NCBI GenBank assembly: GCA_964016885.1
Contig: OZ024740.1
Location: 38,874,001-38,938,000, forward strand
DNA from: Eledone cirrhosa
Lineage: Eukaryota
Direction: 5' to 3'
Length of the DNA stretch: 64,000 bases
Shown: in pieces, positions 13,611-25,949 of the stretch
Layout of the letters: each line of letters begins with the position of its first letter
Numbering within the stretch: position 1 is the stretch's first letter
The notes under the pieces: model-generated
Told to the model about the DNA's origin: nothing
What the model saw: only the letters and a program-made list of their open reading frames with translations
Databases searched by the model: none
Translations under genes and position numbers: made by a program

Positions 13611-13982
13611 ACTGAGATTTTAAAGAGATTTGGCAGAGTTATTTCTTGCCGATCGAACACACTCGCTTGACCGAGGTTTTTTTTTTTTAGGGGAGGGGGG
13701 GGTACTTAAACATTTCTTAATTGAATTAGTTATTTAGAGGTCAACTTTGCCTTTCATCCTTTCTTGCTCGATAAAACAGTTCCAGTCTAGTACCGGCATA
13801 GATTCTTCCGCTATATCTCTTTCTCATTTTCTTTCATCCACTTTCTATCCTTCTCTGGAAGAAATCTGCTGTATTCATAACCTGGAGAGGAGCTGGGCGA
13901 TGCCAAGCTTAAAATGCCCAAGAAACACTTTATGCCACTACGGCGCCCCTACAACTCCATCAGGAGTTACGGGACCTTACCA

Positions 13983-14161
13983 CAGACATGTCAAACTGAG
14001 GGTCCCCCGAGGGTCACATATGTGTTGTCTGAGGGCCACACATGACAACTAATTGCGCACATTACAAACTAATTTTACCAGGATAAAACATGCTCGCGCT
14101 GTAAAAACTTTTGTGCTGGCCACAGGTGTGCTTGTAAAGGGCCGCATGTTTGACATGCCTG
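13983..14161. mobile_element. hAT (Charlie-like) MITE
   Basis: TIR CAGRCATGTCAAAC; 8-bp TSD CCTTACCA/GCTTACCA; same family as 15838-16030, in opposite orientation. Confidence 0.85.
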
Positions 14162-14239
14162 GCTTACCATACCATACCAAATATGATTGGTGAAAAATCA
14201 TTAAAGCAACTTGGAACAGCTAGTAATTTGAGTAATCTA

Positions 14240-14713
14240 ATTGTTTCTAGATTTGGCACAAGGCCAGCAATTATTCCAGTGTATTACTGGTACTTTATTT
14301 TATCGACCCCGTAAGGATGAAAGGCAAAGATAACGTTGGCGGGATTCGAACTAAGACCGTAAAGGGACGTAACTATGCCGGAAAGCAAGGCGTCAGACTC
14401 TCTACCGATACTGCCAATGCACAGTAATTTAATTGTTTCTACTTTTGGCACAAGGCCAGTAATTACCCAGTGTATTACTGGTACTTTATTTTATCGACCC
14501 CGTAAGGATGAAAGGCAAAGTTAACCTCGGCGGGATTTGAACTCAGAATGGCAAGGGCCGTAACTCTTTGCGTCAAAGCATGGCGTCCGACCCTCTATCG
14601 ATACTGCCAATCCACCGTAATTTAATAATAATTTCTACTTTAGGCACAAGGCCAGCAATTACTGGTACTTTATTTTATCGACCCCGTAAAGATGAAAGGC
14701 AAAGTCAACCTCG
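14240..14713 (-). mobile_element. tandem SINE copies (2 full plus 1 partial)
   Basis: Reverse complement of the SINE consensus. Confidence 0.9.
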
Positions 14714-15162
14714 AATGAGGCCAAGAAAGGTTGCATTCTTCATTGATATTTTCAATAATAACAGAGAGCGATGTACGGTAATTGTCTTCAACGTTAAATA
14801 TCCAATGTAATTAATATAAAAATTAGAATTGAAATATTTCAACATTAAGCACGAGCCCTTCCCATCTTTTAATAAATAAAAAAATAATAATAAATTATAA
14901 AGAAATCATTATTTAATATTTGTGTTTTTGTTTTTTGTTTATATTTGTTTTGTTTTTTTAACATTGTAAAATCTCGCTGAAAGTCATTGAGTAGTAATAA
15001 TATCTGGATGGGAAGACAAAATATGAAATATTTGAGGGGTTTCAAGAACATTTTTTCCATAATTCGTTATTCTATATCCAATGGAAACACTAACAATGAT
15101 ATCTGGATGAGAAGACAAGATATTTAATATTTGAGGAGTTTCACGGACAATTTCCATAATTT

Positions 15163-15343
15163 GTTATTCTATATCCATCATCGAGTTATTCTATATCCAT
15201 CATCGAGTTATTCTATATCCATCATCGAGTTATTCTATATCCATCATCGAGTTATTCTATATCCATCATCGAGTTATTCTATATCCATCATCGAGTTATT
15301 CTATATCCATCATCGAGTTATTCTATATCCATCATCGAGTTAT
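15163..15343. repeat. 22-bp minisatellite, about 8 copies
   Basis: Unit GTTATTCTATATCCATCATCGA. Confidence 0.95.
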
Positions 15344-15419
15344 AGAAACATCAGCCAGTTTTAAAATGACAACTCAGTAAAGTCTAAAACGTCTAAAGTC
15401 TCTCCCAAACCTGGAGTCT

Positions 15420-15540
15420 TATCATGCCGGTGCTTATCCCGGTTTCACAACACACCGCCCAGGACAGGACGCCAGTCCATCACAGAGTTAAACCGCCGAC
15501 TACTGCTGGTACTCATTTTCAGCTGAGAATGCTGGAGCAA
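15420..15540 (-). mobile_element. Nin/Deu-domain-like SINE fragment
   Basis: Minus strand AAATGAGTACCAG..TTAACTCTGTGATGGACTGGCGTCCTGTCC..GAAACCGGGATAAGC resembles the conserved central domain of invertebrate Nin-SINEs (from memory). Confidence 0.5.
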
Positions 15541-15837
15541 TGTTATGATCGTAAATCCAACACACTGACCACTAATACAATTATCATTAAATGAACACAC
15601 ACACGCACTCACACATACACGCATCAAGCCATGCGTCCTCACACACACACAAAGCTATGCGTCTTCACACGCACACACTAAGCTATTTCCCCTGACACAC
15701 ACGAAGCCACGCGCCTAGAGAACACCACACCTTCACACCAAACACCTTCACACACACACATAAGCCTTGTGCCTTCACACACTAAGCTAAGCACCTTCAC
15801 ACACACATACACACACACGTCGCACACATATCTAAGC

Positions 15838-16030
15838 CAGGCATGTCAAACATGCAGCCCGCGGATTGCATGCGACCCTTTACAATCACACCTGCGGCCC
15901 GCACAAAGGTTTTTACAGCGCGAGCTGTAAAATAAAAAATATAAGTTGTAATGTACGCAATTAGTTGTCATGTGTGGCTCTCAAACAACACATATGTGCC
16001 CCTCGGGGGGCCCTCAGTTTGACATGCCTG
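15838..16030. mobile_element. hAT (Charlie-like) MITE
   Basis: TIRs CAGGCATGTCAAAC / GTTTGACATGCCTG; TSD ATCTAAGC/CTCTAAGC. Confidence 0.9.
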
Positions 16031-16994
16031 CTCTAAGCCACACACACACACACACACTGGACAGCGTCTTCTGACAACTTGCAGCCAAGGTAGCCTGCAA
16101 GTCAGTCAAAGATGACCAATTGGCAGAGTCGGTACAGCATCGGATAAAAAATACCTCAATATCTGATCCGGTTCACTGCACTCTGAATTCAAATCCCACT
16201 GAGATTTATTTGCCTTTCAACCTTTCAATGTTGATAAATAAAGTACTAGAGACGATTCTGCTTCTATATCCCCTTATCCCCTTCTTTACATTTCTCTAGA
16301 AGAAATCGGCTGTGCACAAACCAGGAGAGGTATGAATCCCGCCGGTTTTAAAATACCCGAGGCATGTTGTATGTTACAAGACACCCCTATGACTCCATCA
16401 AGAGTTAAGAGTCATCCAGCTATATCTGTTCACCGGGACCGTGAGGCGGCCAGTGTATGGGACCCCATTTGCTCATAATAGTGAGAGGTAGGGAGGGCGA
16501 GAGAGACGGAGGCGATGACAGTGGGAGTCCGGCTCTTCTTTGTTCGGACCTGGTGTACATAAGTGTGTATTTTTACACTATCAACCCTTTCATGTCTTTT
16601 ACTTTGAATCCTTTGAAGATCATCTTGTGTTTGGAATATAACTATTTCTTTGAGGTTTCATACTATAAGTATATTTTTACACATAATTTCAGTTTACAGT
16701 TAGTATTTCAAATTTATAGAAAGTATAAGGTTGAGTGCTTGGTTTTCTCAGCTTGGAAGTAAGTTTATCGGTACTTTTACTGTTTTAGTATAATATATTT
16801 ATAAAACTAACAACCACACAGGATGTGACTATAATCACCTCCTTCATCTGGCTAACAAATCTAATAATTTGATCCAAGCTCCAGTTACTAAAATAGCATT
16901 CGGCTGATTTTCTCAATTTCCTTTCTAGTGTTTTTACCATTGACAATACTATACCCAATGATAAAATACCAATTCAGAAATATTATTTTTATTA

Positions 16995-17450
16995 TGGATT
17001 GGCAGTATCAGTTGAATGTCAGACGCCATGCTTTGCAGCAGAGTTACGGCCCTTTATGGTCTGAGTTCAAATCCCGCCGAGGTTAACTTTACCTTTCATC
17101 TATAAAATAGAGTACCAGTAACGCGCTGGGGTCGATTTTATTGACTTCCCCTTCCCCCAAATTGTTGGCCTTGTGCCAGTAATGCACTGGGATAATTGTT
17201 GGCCTTGTGCCAAAAGTAGAAATCATTATTATTATTATTGGATTGGCAGTGTCGTTAGAGCGTCGGACATTGTTTTGCGGCATATAGTTATGTCCCTTTA
17301 CGTTCTGAGTTCAAATCCCGCCGAGGTTAACTTTACCTTTCATCCTTACAGGGTCGATAAAATAAAGTACCAGTAACGCACTGGGGTCGATTTGTCGACT
17401 TCCCCTTCCCCCAAATTGTTGACTTTGTGCCTAAATCAGAAATCATTGTT
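16995..17450 (+). mobile_element. two tandem SINE copies
   Basis: A/B boxes and core; the first copy has a duplicated 3' end. Confidence 0.85.
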
Positions 17451-17841
17451 AATTTGTGCGGTTAATAGTCGCCTTTTGCTTGATAATAAATCCATCTATG
17501 CAAAAAACAAACTCATACGTGTATATATTAAAGGTACACGTGTCTGTTAAATACTCTGTAATTTACACGTTAATTCAATGAGTAAGCAATTCAAATGAAC
17601 AAACAATTGAAATGCTAATCATAGAAACCGACGGAGATCCATTTATCAAGTTTAAACATACATTAATGCAATTCGTCTTATCTAACAAGGCAATGACTAG
17701 TGAATATATAGGAAGAAAGAGAGAAATGTGGAATCGCCGAGTAACTTTTGATTAATAAGCTAATCATCGTTAAATATATCTGATGCATGAGGAGGAAAAA
17801 ATTAATGGAGTTGTTGGGGTGTCGGGTGGAATGTTTTACGG

Positions 17842-18135
17842 CAGTGGTTTCCAACCTTTGTCCTTCATGTCGCACTTCAACATCTCAAAAATTGTTATGC
17901 CATCCTTTGATATGAAAACAGCGATGATCAACAACAAAGTGTAAACAAATTGGCGTGTAAGTGGTGCCGGATGCACAATAACACGCGTAGAAGGGTTGAG
18001 GCATGTGTTTCCGACAGTTATGTGTACCAAAGTTGCCTTGGGGTAAAAATAATAAGGTAAAACCTAGTTTTTTCTCATTAACATCATTTTCAAATTGCCT
18101 TCATGTGGGGTGTGCGCCCCACGTTAGAAATCTCT
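17842..18135. mobile_element. decayed hAT-like MITE
   Basis: Left end CAGTGGTTTCCAACCTTT; degenerate right end CGCCCCACGTTAGAAATCTC. Confidence 0.4.
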
Positions 18136-18452
18136 TTTACGGTATTTATTTCTGTTTTCTACTCTCTGAGTTTAAATAGTTAAGTTAATATTCAATCTTT
18201 GATACTGGCAGGTACGTTAATTTGTTAACGACAGCAACAGTTGACTGATAAAATGACAAGTCAGTCAATCATATTGATGGCCTCCCCACAGCCCCGGCGG
18301 ACAGAATGGAGAAGGCGTTTCCCCAGGGGAAGGCAAGGGAGACCCGCTGGAAAAGCCATTCCAACTGGCGAGGCTCACACCTGGCCAGCACTTATAGCAC
18401 ACCTTAACACCAACAGCTAAATAGAAATAAATAAAGAAGTAAAAAAGAAGAA

Positions 18453-18637
18453 AATTGTTTCTACTTTTGGCACAAGGCCAGCAATTATCTCAGTGCATTA
18501 CTGGTACTTTATTTTATCGACCCCGTAAGGATGACAAGCAAAGTTAACCTCGGTGGGATTTGAACTCAAACCGTAAAGGGCCGTAACTCTATGCGGCAAA
18601 GCATGGCGTCCGACCCTCTACCGATACTGCCAATCCA
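18453..18637 (-). mobile_element. SINE
   Basis: Matches the window consensus. Confidence 0.9.
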
Positions 18638-18643
18638 TAATAA

Positions 18644-19273
18644 TCTATATATATAAAACTGAGGATGTCTGTCTGTGTGTGTGTGTCTGTGAGTTTGAAT
18701 CCCTAAAACTCGAGAAGTACCCAACCGATCTTTTTCAAACTTTACATGTGTATTACTTATCTTTCAGGGAGTGTCAACTTTTTGATCCCCTAGGGCCCGC
18801 ATTAGGTGAAAAACTGCGATTTTTCAGCTTTTTAGGGTTTTTTTTAGGCGTTACGTCTGACCGATTTCCTTGAAATTGTAACTATGTATTAGTCAGTCTC
18901 TTCTTCATACCGTGAGCAAAGAAAATCCAACTTTTTTTATGGTCTAGGGCCCGCATTAGGTGAAAAACTTCATTTTTTTTTCAGCTTTTTAGGGATTTTT
19001 TGAGGCGTTACGTCTAGCCGATTTTCCCGAAATTTCAAGGCATATTATGCACATAAAAAATTCATTTTCTTGATCCCCTAGGGCCCGCATTAGGTGAAAA
19101 CCTGCATTTTTCCTGCTTCATCGAGGAAAATCTTAAAGATTATCCAGCCATTAGAGTAGTTGGTTTATTTTCTTTACATATTGCCCAAGCGTGCAATTTT
19201 TCCACGATTAGGTGTGTTGGCGGCTCGCGTTCCAAAATACCTTATCCCGTGCAACGCTTGATACCACTGCTAA
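18644..19273 (+). mobile_element. non-autonomous Helitron
   Basis: Starts A^TCTATATATATAAAACTG and ends CCCGTGCAACGC..CTGCTAA^T (CTRR end, A/T target, degenerate 3' hairpin); three internal repeats CTAGGGCCCGCATTAGGTGAAAA. Confidence 0.7.
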
Positions 19274-19655
19274 TTGTTTCTATTTTTGGCACAAGGCCAG
19301 CAATTATTCCAGTGCATTACTGGCACGTTATTTTATCGAACCCGAAAGGATAAAAGGCGAAGTTAACCTCGGCAGGATTTGAACTCAGATCGTAAAGAAG
19401 GAAAATATTATTAGTCATTGTTTGATATTATTATGGACTACCAATCCATAATAATATTAAATAATGACTAATAATTGTTTCTACTTTTGGCACAAGGCCA
19501 GCAATTACTCAGGACATTACTGGTACTTTATTTTATCGACCTCGTAAGGATGTAAGGCAAAGTTAACCTCGGCGGGATTTGAACTCAGTCTGTAAAGGGA
19601 CGTAACTATGCTGGAAAGCATGGCGTCCGACCCTCTACTGATACTACCAATTCAC
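19274..19655 (-). mobile_element. SINE copies (partial 19274-19395; full about 19472-19655)
   Basis: Match the window consensus. Confidence 0.85.
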
Positions 19656-20369
19656 GACTAATAATATTTTCCTTTTTCACCTTTTTTTTTGGCAGGTAGG
19701 GGAGACAACTTTGGACATGTTATGGTGTTGTTCTGATCTTTTCTGCAAATACTAACTTACACTGTACCTACCGAAGTAGTGACGATAGAATCACTAAAAC
19801 CACAGTATAAATATTGGGACTGTATTGTTTTATTACAGACAGATGTCTGGTGCTATACCATACTCGTTGCTCTTGGAATTATTGCATTTGGTAAAAGTTT
19901 CGGCTAGTGTCGTTGTTGCTATTGAAAATTCCTAAAGTTAACCTTATCAACTATTCTTGCCCTTGTAACCGAAATCACAATGATCATCTCTTTCTAAAGA
20001 AATAATCCTCGGACACAATTGTCAGTGCTTCCATTTATTTTGGTAGTAAATTTGCTGCCATTTCTTTTACTAAAATCCAGTAGTTATATGCTCTGGTCTA
20101 CAATAACAGGAGTCAACAACGTTACCCATAATTTTATTGGTACCGATCTAAATAACAACACAGTAGATATTTAAAATGCTGAGAAACAGGTGGACTTAAT
20201 AACGACATGTTTAACTAAATTAGGAATGTTCATAGTTCAATAGTTGACTGCCAGGAAATTGCTTCCCAAACCAAAGTATCACTAATATCTAAGTAATGAG
20301 AAAATATATATGATACTGAGAACAAAGGTAGTATCCAAATAGGGTTATAGCAGTATATGATTTTACAGG

Positions 20370-20735
20370 AGAGACTCTAAGTAGTCACTTGACCTACTAG
20401 AAATAGCAGGCAAATATCCCTCAAATTACACCTGAACATGTTAAATAAGGAAGAATATACAGGACGATGTGTCTCTGAATTACAAGAAGTTGAAATGGTC
20501 ACAGTTAAAACGGCTTTGATCACACGTCTGTCATCATGAAAGACTCTAACAAGGAATCTTCTATGTGGTCGCTCGACCTGTAGAAATAGCAACAGTATTC
20601 CCCTCCAATCACATTCTGCCATTTATTAGAAGGACACATTAGACAATGTAATCCTAGATTCATTACTCTTGAAAAGACACAGTGGAGGGTCATGGATAGA
20701 AAGCTTTTGATCACATGACCTGGATCTAAACGACA
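20370..20735 (+). repeat. two tandem copies of a second interspersed repeat family (also about 300-480 and 12630-12830)
   Basis: Shared motif TAGAAATAGCAG..AAAT.TCCCTCAAAT.ACA ... GGTCA.GG.TGGAA.G.CTTTGATCA. Confidence 0.6.
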
Positions 20736-21469
20736 ACAAAATTGGTGTAAGAAATCATTTTATTAGAACACTACAATCTATTTTTATTGAATATCACCAA
20801 TACTGCTACAATAACGGTACATATTCAACACATAATCTTGCAATAAAACTTTGTCTCGCGACGGACACACGAGTGAAACCATCATAAACTTTGCTTAAAA
20901 AATCGGCTTCACAATCTAATTTCATGGTGACCACATATTTATAAAATAATTGAAAATTGCATACCAAGGGCTAAGCTTTTGATTCAGAACTGAAACCTAC
21001 ACAAACTTTGAAATTTTGCTCATCATATATCAGCAACAAGTATTCCCTATATTAAAAGCATGCATCAAGGATTATGTCCTTATTGTATATATGGATTTGT
21101 AACTCCTGGTGGAGTCATAGGGTCGCCATAGTGACCATAGGCCTTTCTTGGGCATTTTTTAATGCCTGGTGGAGCCCAGCTTCTCTCCATGCCTGAAAAC
21201 AGCTGATTTCTTCCACAGAAGGAGAGAGTGGGGTGAGAAAAAGATATAGGGGAATCGATTCCAGTACAAGACACATATTTATAATTAATCTACAATATAT
21301 ATTGTTTTATATTTTCAGATGCAAAAAAAATGCCTGATTTCAAACAATGTACCATAAAACCGAATATCGTCGGGTTTATCAGCTGCCAAAAAGACTCGAA
21401 TGCTCTATAAAATTATGAATATATATATATATATATAATTGGTGTTGGATGCTTAAAGCGTATAATCAA

Positions 21470-21565
21470 GACGTATCTGAGGACCTTGCGATTTTCAGAG
21501 TCAGATTCGATCATCACATCGATCGTGCCTAGAGCTGATCGCCAGAGAAACGATTGTAATATGTC
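21470..21565 (+). ncRNA. type-I hammerhead ribozyme motif with long stem II
   Basis: GACGTAT-CTGAGGA-(CCTTGCGAT...ATCGCCAGA)-GAAA-CGATTG-TA-ATATGTC; 7-bp stem I; followed by AATAAA; element flanked by (TA)n. Confidence 0.75.
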
Positions 21566-21604
21566 CAATAAACTCCATTCGTCGCAACACTTATTCTCTT
21601 TTTT

Positions 21605-21644
<40 letters not shown>

Positions 21645-21685
21645 ACTTTGGGAGGGTTGTGCTGCCAAACAAATTCAAAAACGAA

Positions 21686-21722
<37 letters not shown>

Positions 21723-21725
<3 letters not shown>

Positions 21726-21752
21726 CGGACGCTAGTCCTTCATCAGAAGAAA
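21723..21752 (-). ncRNA. partial hammerhead core running into (TA)n
   Basis: CTGATGA-AGGAC-TAGC-GTCC-GAAA-(TA)n; no 3' strand of stem I. Confidence 0.5.
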
Positions 21753-21810
21753 GAATGAGAAATAAGATAGATTGAGGTGACGGGCGGGTTGGAATTGGAA
21801 TATATATATA

Positions 21811-22189
21811 TAACGAAGGAAGTGTGGTAAGGAACCAGATGGACCATAACGCACCAGAGTACTCAATACTTAGGGTAGTAGAGTGGGTAATAGGAAAATG
21901 TTTGATCCCGACGGCAGAGCTCAAGCCATTTCGACGGCTATTTCTGGACTCCAGAAATAACCGTCGAAACGGCTTGAGCTCTGCCGTCGGGGTCAAACAT
22001 TTTCTTATATATATATATATATATATATATATAGGAACAAGTATGACCCCGACGGCAGAGCTCAAGCCGTTTCGACGGAACAAGTGTGCCGTCGGGGTCA
22101 TACTTGTTCCTATTACCCACTCTACTACTCTAAGTATTGAATACTTTGGTGCGTTATGGTCCATCTGGTTCCTTACCACAATTCCTTCG

Positions 22190-22192
<3 letters not shown>
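21811..22192. mobile_element. nested fold-back (TA)n-flanked element (family B; other copies at 33553-33685 and 37260-37370)
   Basis: Outer inverted arms about 21811-21915 / 22087-22192; inner palindrome centred at about 21949; carries the hammerhead 3' half GAAA-CGGC-TTGAGCTCT-GCCG-TC. Confidence 0.7.
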
Positions 22193-22247
<55 letters not shown>

Positions 22248-22284
22248 TTTCAATGTGTATATATATTTTTTTAATAACTCTAAA

Positions 22285-22462
22285 GACCAAGTGGTAGACA
22301 CCGAGCAAGATAGTTGGATAACATCCTTGAGCTTGGCTGGTCACACTTGGGGATCTAACCGGATTAGTTGGAGACGATTGCTTCTGACAGGACTTGCTGG
22401 AAGCCGTGTTTGAGGATTCTGCCCCTACGACCCTCTCAGGAATAAGTGGGCGAAGAAGAAAA
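22285..22462 (+). mobile_element. RTE LINE 3' fragment
   Basis: Homologous to 28215-28395, 38075-38295 and 62085-62340; ends GAATAAGTGGGCGAAGAAGAA. Confidence 0.7.
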
Positions 22463-23134
22463 AGATACATATTAAAACGATATTATATATAAACTGCATT
22501 AGGAGAAAATTAGTGACAGAAATATATGAATGTTTATTTAAGCGATCGCTAACCGGAAGTGTTGACATTTGAAAAATTTAAAGAAGTGAACCTTTAAATA
22601 AGCAATAAAATATATTTAATCAACAGCCACGAAATTTAGTAGATAAATTATGTAATATTCATTCATTATTTATTCAAAGTAATCCAACTTATTTTACTAA
22701 CTGGATTAAAAGAAATAAACCGTACACAGTTCCGCAGACCTTACTTTATTAGATAAACATGTACAGCTATTTATTGATTGGGTAAATACACACGTTGAAG
22801 CCGACAATTTTCTTTCAGCTAAAGAATATATTTACTATTAACCATTTCCTAAGTACTTAATTAAATTTTAATTTACTTAACTGTAGTAAATAAACTGAAA
22901 GTTCTAACAGGTCTTATAGTAATATAATCTTATACACAGTTTAAATAAATCAACATGCAGCTTTATGAATGTGTTTAACATGAACCTGTTGAGTCTGTAT
23001 TTTCCTTTTGTTTTTAACATAAAACCATAGGAAACCGTATTAAAAGCCAATCACATTCACTCTTCTCCCTGTAACACAGTATAAGTTCTCCGATAACAAC
23101 ACAACCTTGGAGTTATTATCATTTGATAAACCGA

Positions 23135-23358
23135 GTGCGGTGGATTGGAAGTATCAGTACAACGTCAGACAACATACTTTGCGGCATATAATTACGGCCC
23201 TGTATGTCCTGAGTTCAAATTCCCCCAAGGTTAGCTTTATCCATTCATCCTTACGGGGATCAATAAAATAAAGTATCAGTAACACACTGGGGTCGATTTA
23301 TTCGACTTTCCTCTTCCTTTCAAATTGCAGGCCTTGTGCCAAAAATAGAAACAATTAT
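23135..23358 (+). mobile_element. SINE (long-3' variant)
   Basis: A/B boxes and core. Confidence 0.8.
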
Positions 23359-23660
23359 CATTAGACAAACCACCAGACTGATTATATGAAACAAAGAAAT
23401 ACATTACTTCTTTACTGTCAGTAATTACTTCTTTGCAGTTTTTTTTAAATTAAATTACAGGAAACATTTTTTAATCCACAACATTATTTCAAATAAAATC
23501 TTAATTTATGGAAACAAGTGAACATCATCAACAAGACTACTACAAGAAATTATTAGTACAATAAATTTTCGGTGGAATTAGGTATGTATTTAAAAGCTAG
23601 TAAAAAAGACAATAGACAATAGATTATTTGGTTATAACTTCTAAAATCATTCTATTGTTT

Positions 23661-25330
23661 GTCTAATTTAACTGTTGTAGACCATACCATTGTATTACTA
23701 GTCTAATTTAACTGATATAGACCTTACCATTCTATTGTTAGTCTAATTTAACTTTTACAGACCTTATCATTCTGTGACTAGTCTAATTTAACTGTTATGG
23801 ACCTTACCATTCTATTACTAGTCTAATTTAACTGTTACACACCTTACCATTCTATTGTTAGTCTAATTTAACTGTTATAGACCTTACCATTCTATTACTA
23901 GTCTAATTTAACTGTTACAGACCTTATCATTCTATTACAAGTCTAATTTAACTGTTATAGACCATACCATTGTATTATTAGTCTAATTTAACTGTTATAG
24001 ACCTTACCATTCTATTACTAGTCTAATTTAACTGTTACAGACCTTATCATTCTATTACAAGTCTAATTTAACTGTTACACACCTTACCATTCTATTACTA
24101 GTCTAATTTAACTGTTACACACCTTACCATTCTATTGTTAGTCTAATTTAACTGTTATAGACCTTACCATTCTATTACTAGTCTAATTTAACTGTTACAG
24201 ACCTTATCATTCTATTACAAGTCTAATTTAACTGTTACAGACCTTATCATTCTATTACAATTCTAATTTAACTGTTACACACCTTACCATTCTATTACTA
24301 GTCTAATTTAACTGTTACAGACATTACCATTCTATTGTTAGTCTAATTTAACTGTTATAGACCTTACCATTCTATTACTAGTCTAATTTAACTGTTACAG
24401 ACCATACCATTCTATTGTTAGTCTAATTTAACTGTTATAGACCTTACCATTCTATTACTAGTCTAATTTAACTGTTACAGACCATACCATTCTATTGTTA
24501 GTCTAATTTAACTGTTACAGACCTTACCATTCTATTACTAGTCTAATTTAACTTTTACAGACCATACCATTCTATTGTTAGTCTAATTTAACTGTTATAG
24601 ACCTTACCATTCTATTACTAGTCTAATTTAACTGTTACAGACCATACCATTCTATTGTTAGTCTAATTTAACTGTTACAGACCATACCATTCTATTGTTA
24701 GTCTAATTTAACTGTTACAGACCATACTATTCTATTGTTAGTCTAATTTAACTGTTATAGACCTTACCATTCTATTACTAGTCTAATTTAACTGTTATAG
24801 ACCTTACCATTCTATTACTAGTCTAATTTAACTGTTATAGACCTTACCATTCTATTACTAGTCTAATTTAACTGTTGCACACCTTACCATTCTATTGTTA
24901 GTCTAATTTAACTGATATAAACCATACCATTCCGTTGTTAGTCTAATTTAACTGTTATAGACCATACCATTCTATTGTTAGTCTAATTTAACTGTTATAG
25001 ACCTTACCATTCTATTGTTAGTCTAATTTAACTGTTATAGACCATACCATTCTATTGTTAGTCTAATTTAACTGTTATAGACCATACCATTCTATTGTTA
25101 GTCTAATTTAACTGTTATAGACCTTACCATTCTATTGTTAGTCTAATTTAACTGTTATAGACCTTACCATTCTATTGGTAGTCTAATTTAACTGTTATAG
25201 ACCTTACCATTCTTTTGTTAGTCTAATTTAACTGTTATAGACCATACCATTCTATTGTTAGTCTAATTTAACTGTTATAGACCATACCATTCTATTGTTA
25301 GTCTAATTTAACTGTTATAGACCATACTAT
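23661..25330. repeat. 40-bp minisatellite, about 42 copies
   Basis: Unit GTCTAATTTAACTGTTAYAGACCWTACCATTCTATTRYTA, constant 40-bp register. Confidence 0.98.
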
Positions 25331-25456
25331 ATTTTTTATATTCCTTGTATTAAATATGTAAATATTAATTTAGAACAAATATCATATATATATATATATA
25401 TATATAATTGTCTCTATTTTTGGCATAAGTCCAGCAATTACCATAGTGCTTTACTG

Positions 25457-25557
<101 letters not shown>

Positions 25558-25574
25558 TATATATATATATAAAT

Positions 25575-25934
25575 GTAAGTATGTATACGTACATACATAT
25601 ATGTATACAGACGTACAGTAGTATGTATATATACACATACATGCACACATATATATATGTACGTATGGGTTTACCGAACATTTATTATAATGCTCGGTCT
25701 GTTTGTAAACAAACAGCCCGAATTATTAGCTGTACAGTGTTCGCCAACCATCGTTGCCCTATTTTTTCAACACTGAAGGAACGATGAACTAGTTTCTAGC
25801 TTATTAGCTGTCATCAGCACTGTATACCTTCCTGTCAGTTGATTGAACGTTTGAAAGTATATACTTTCCTTATGCATATTAAGGGCTGAGCAGCCGCCCG
25901 ACTAACTCACTCGAAATGAAATTTCATTTTTTCC
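25575..25934. mobile_element. MITE-like repeat (family also at 31428-32120 and 40992-41034)
   Basis: Body shared with the 31.4-32.1 kb copies; right end GAAATGAAATTTCATTTTTTCC is the inverse of their left end GGAAAAAATGAAACGAAATTTCATTTC. Confidence 0.6.
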
Positions 25935-25949
25935 ATTTATATATATATA

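Noticed and set aside
19680-19750. Possible host exon with splice-like signals
   Set aside because: No recognisable protein similarity and no consistent partner exons; cannot be supported without RNA-seq
23661-25330. CRISPR-like regular array
   Set aside because: No unique spacers, no cas genes, eukaryotic context; it is a plain tandem repeat
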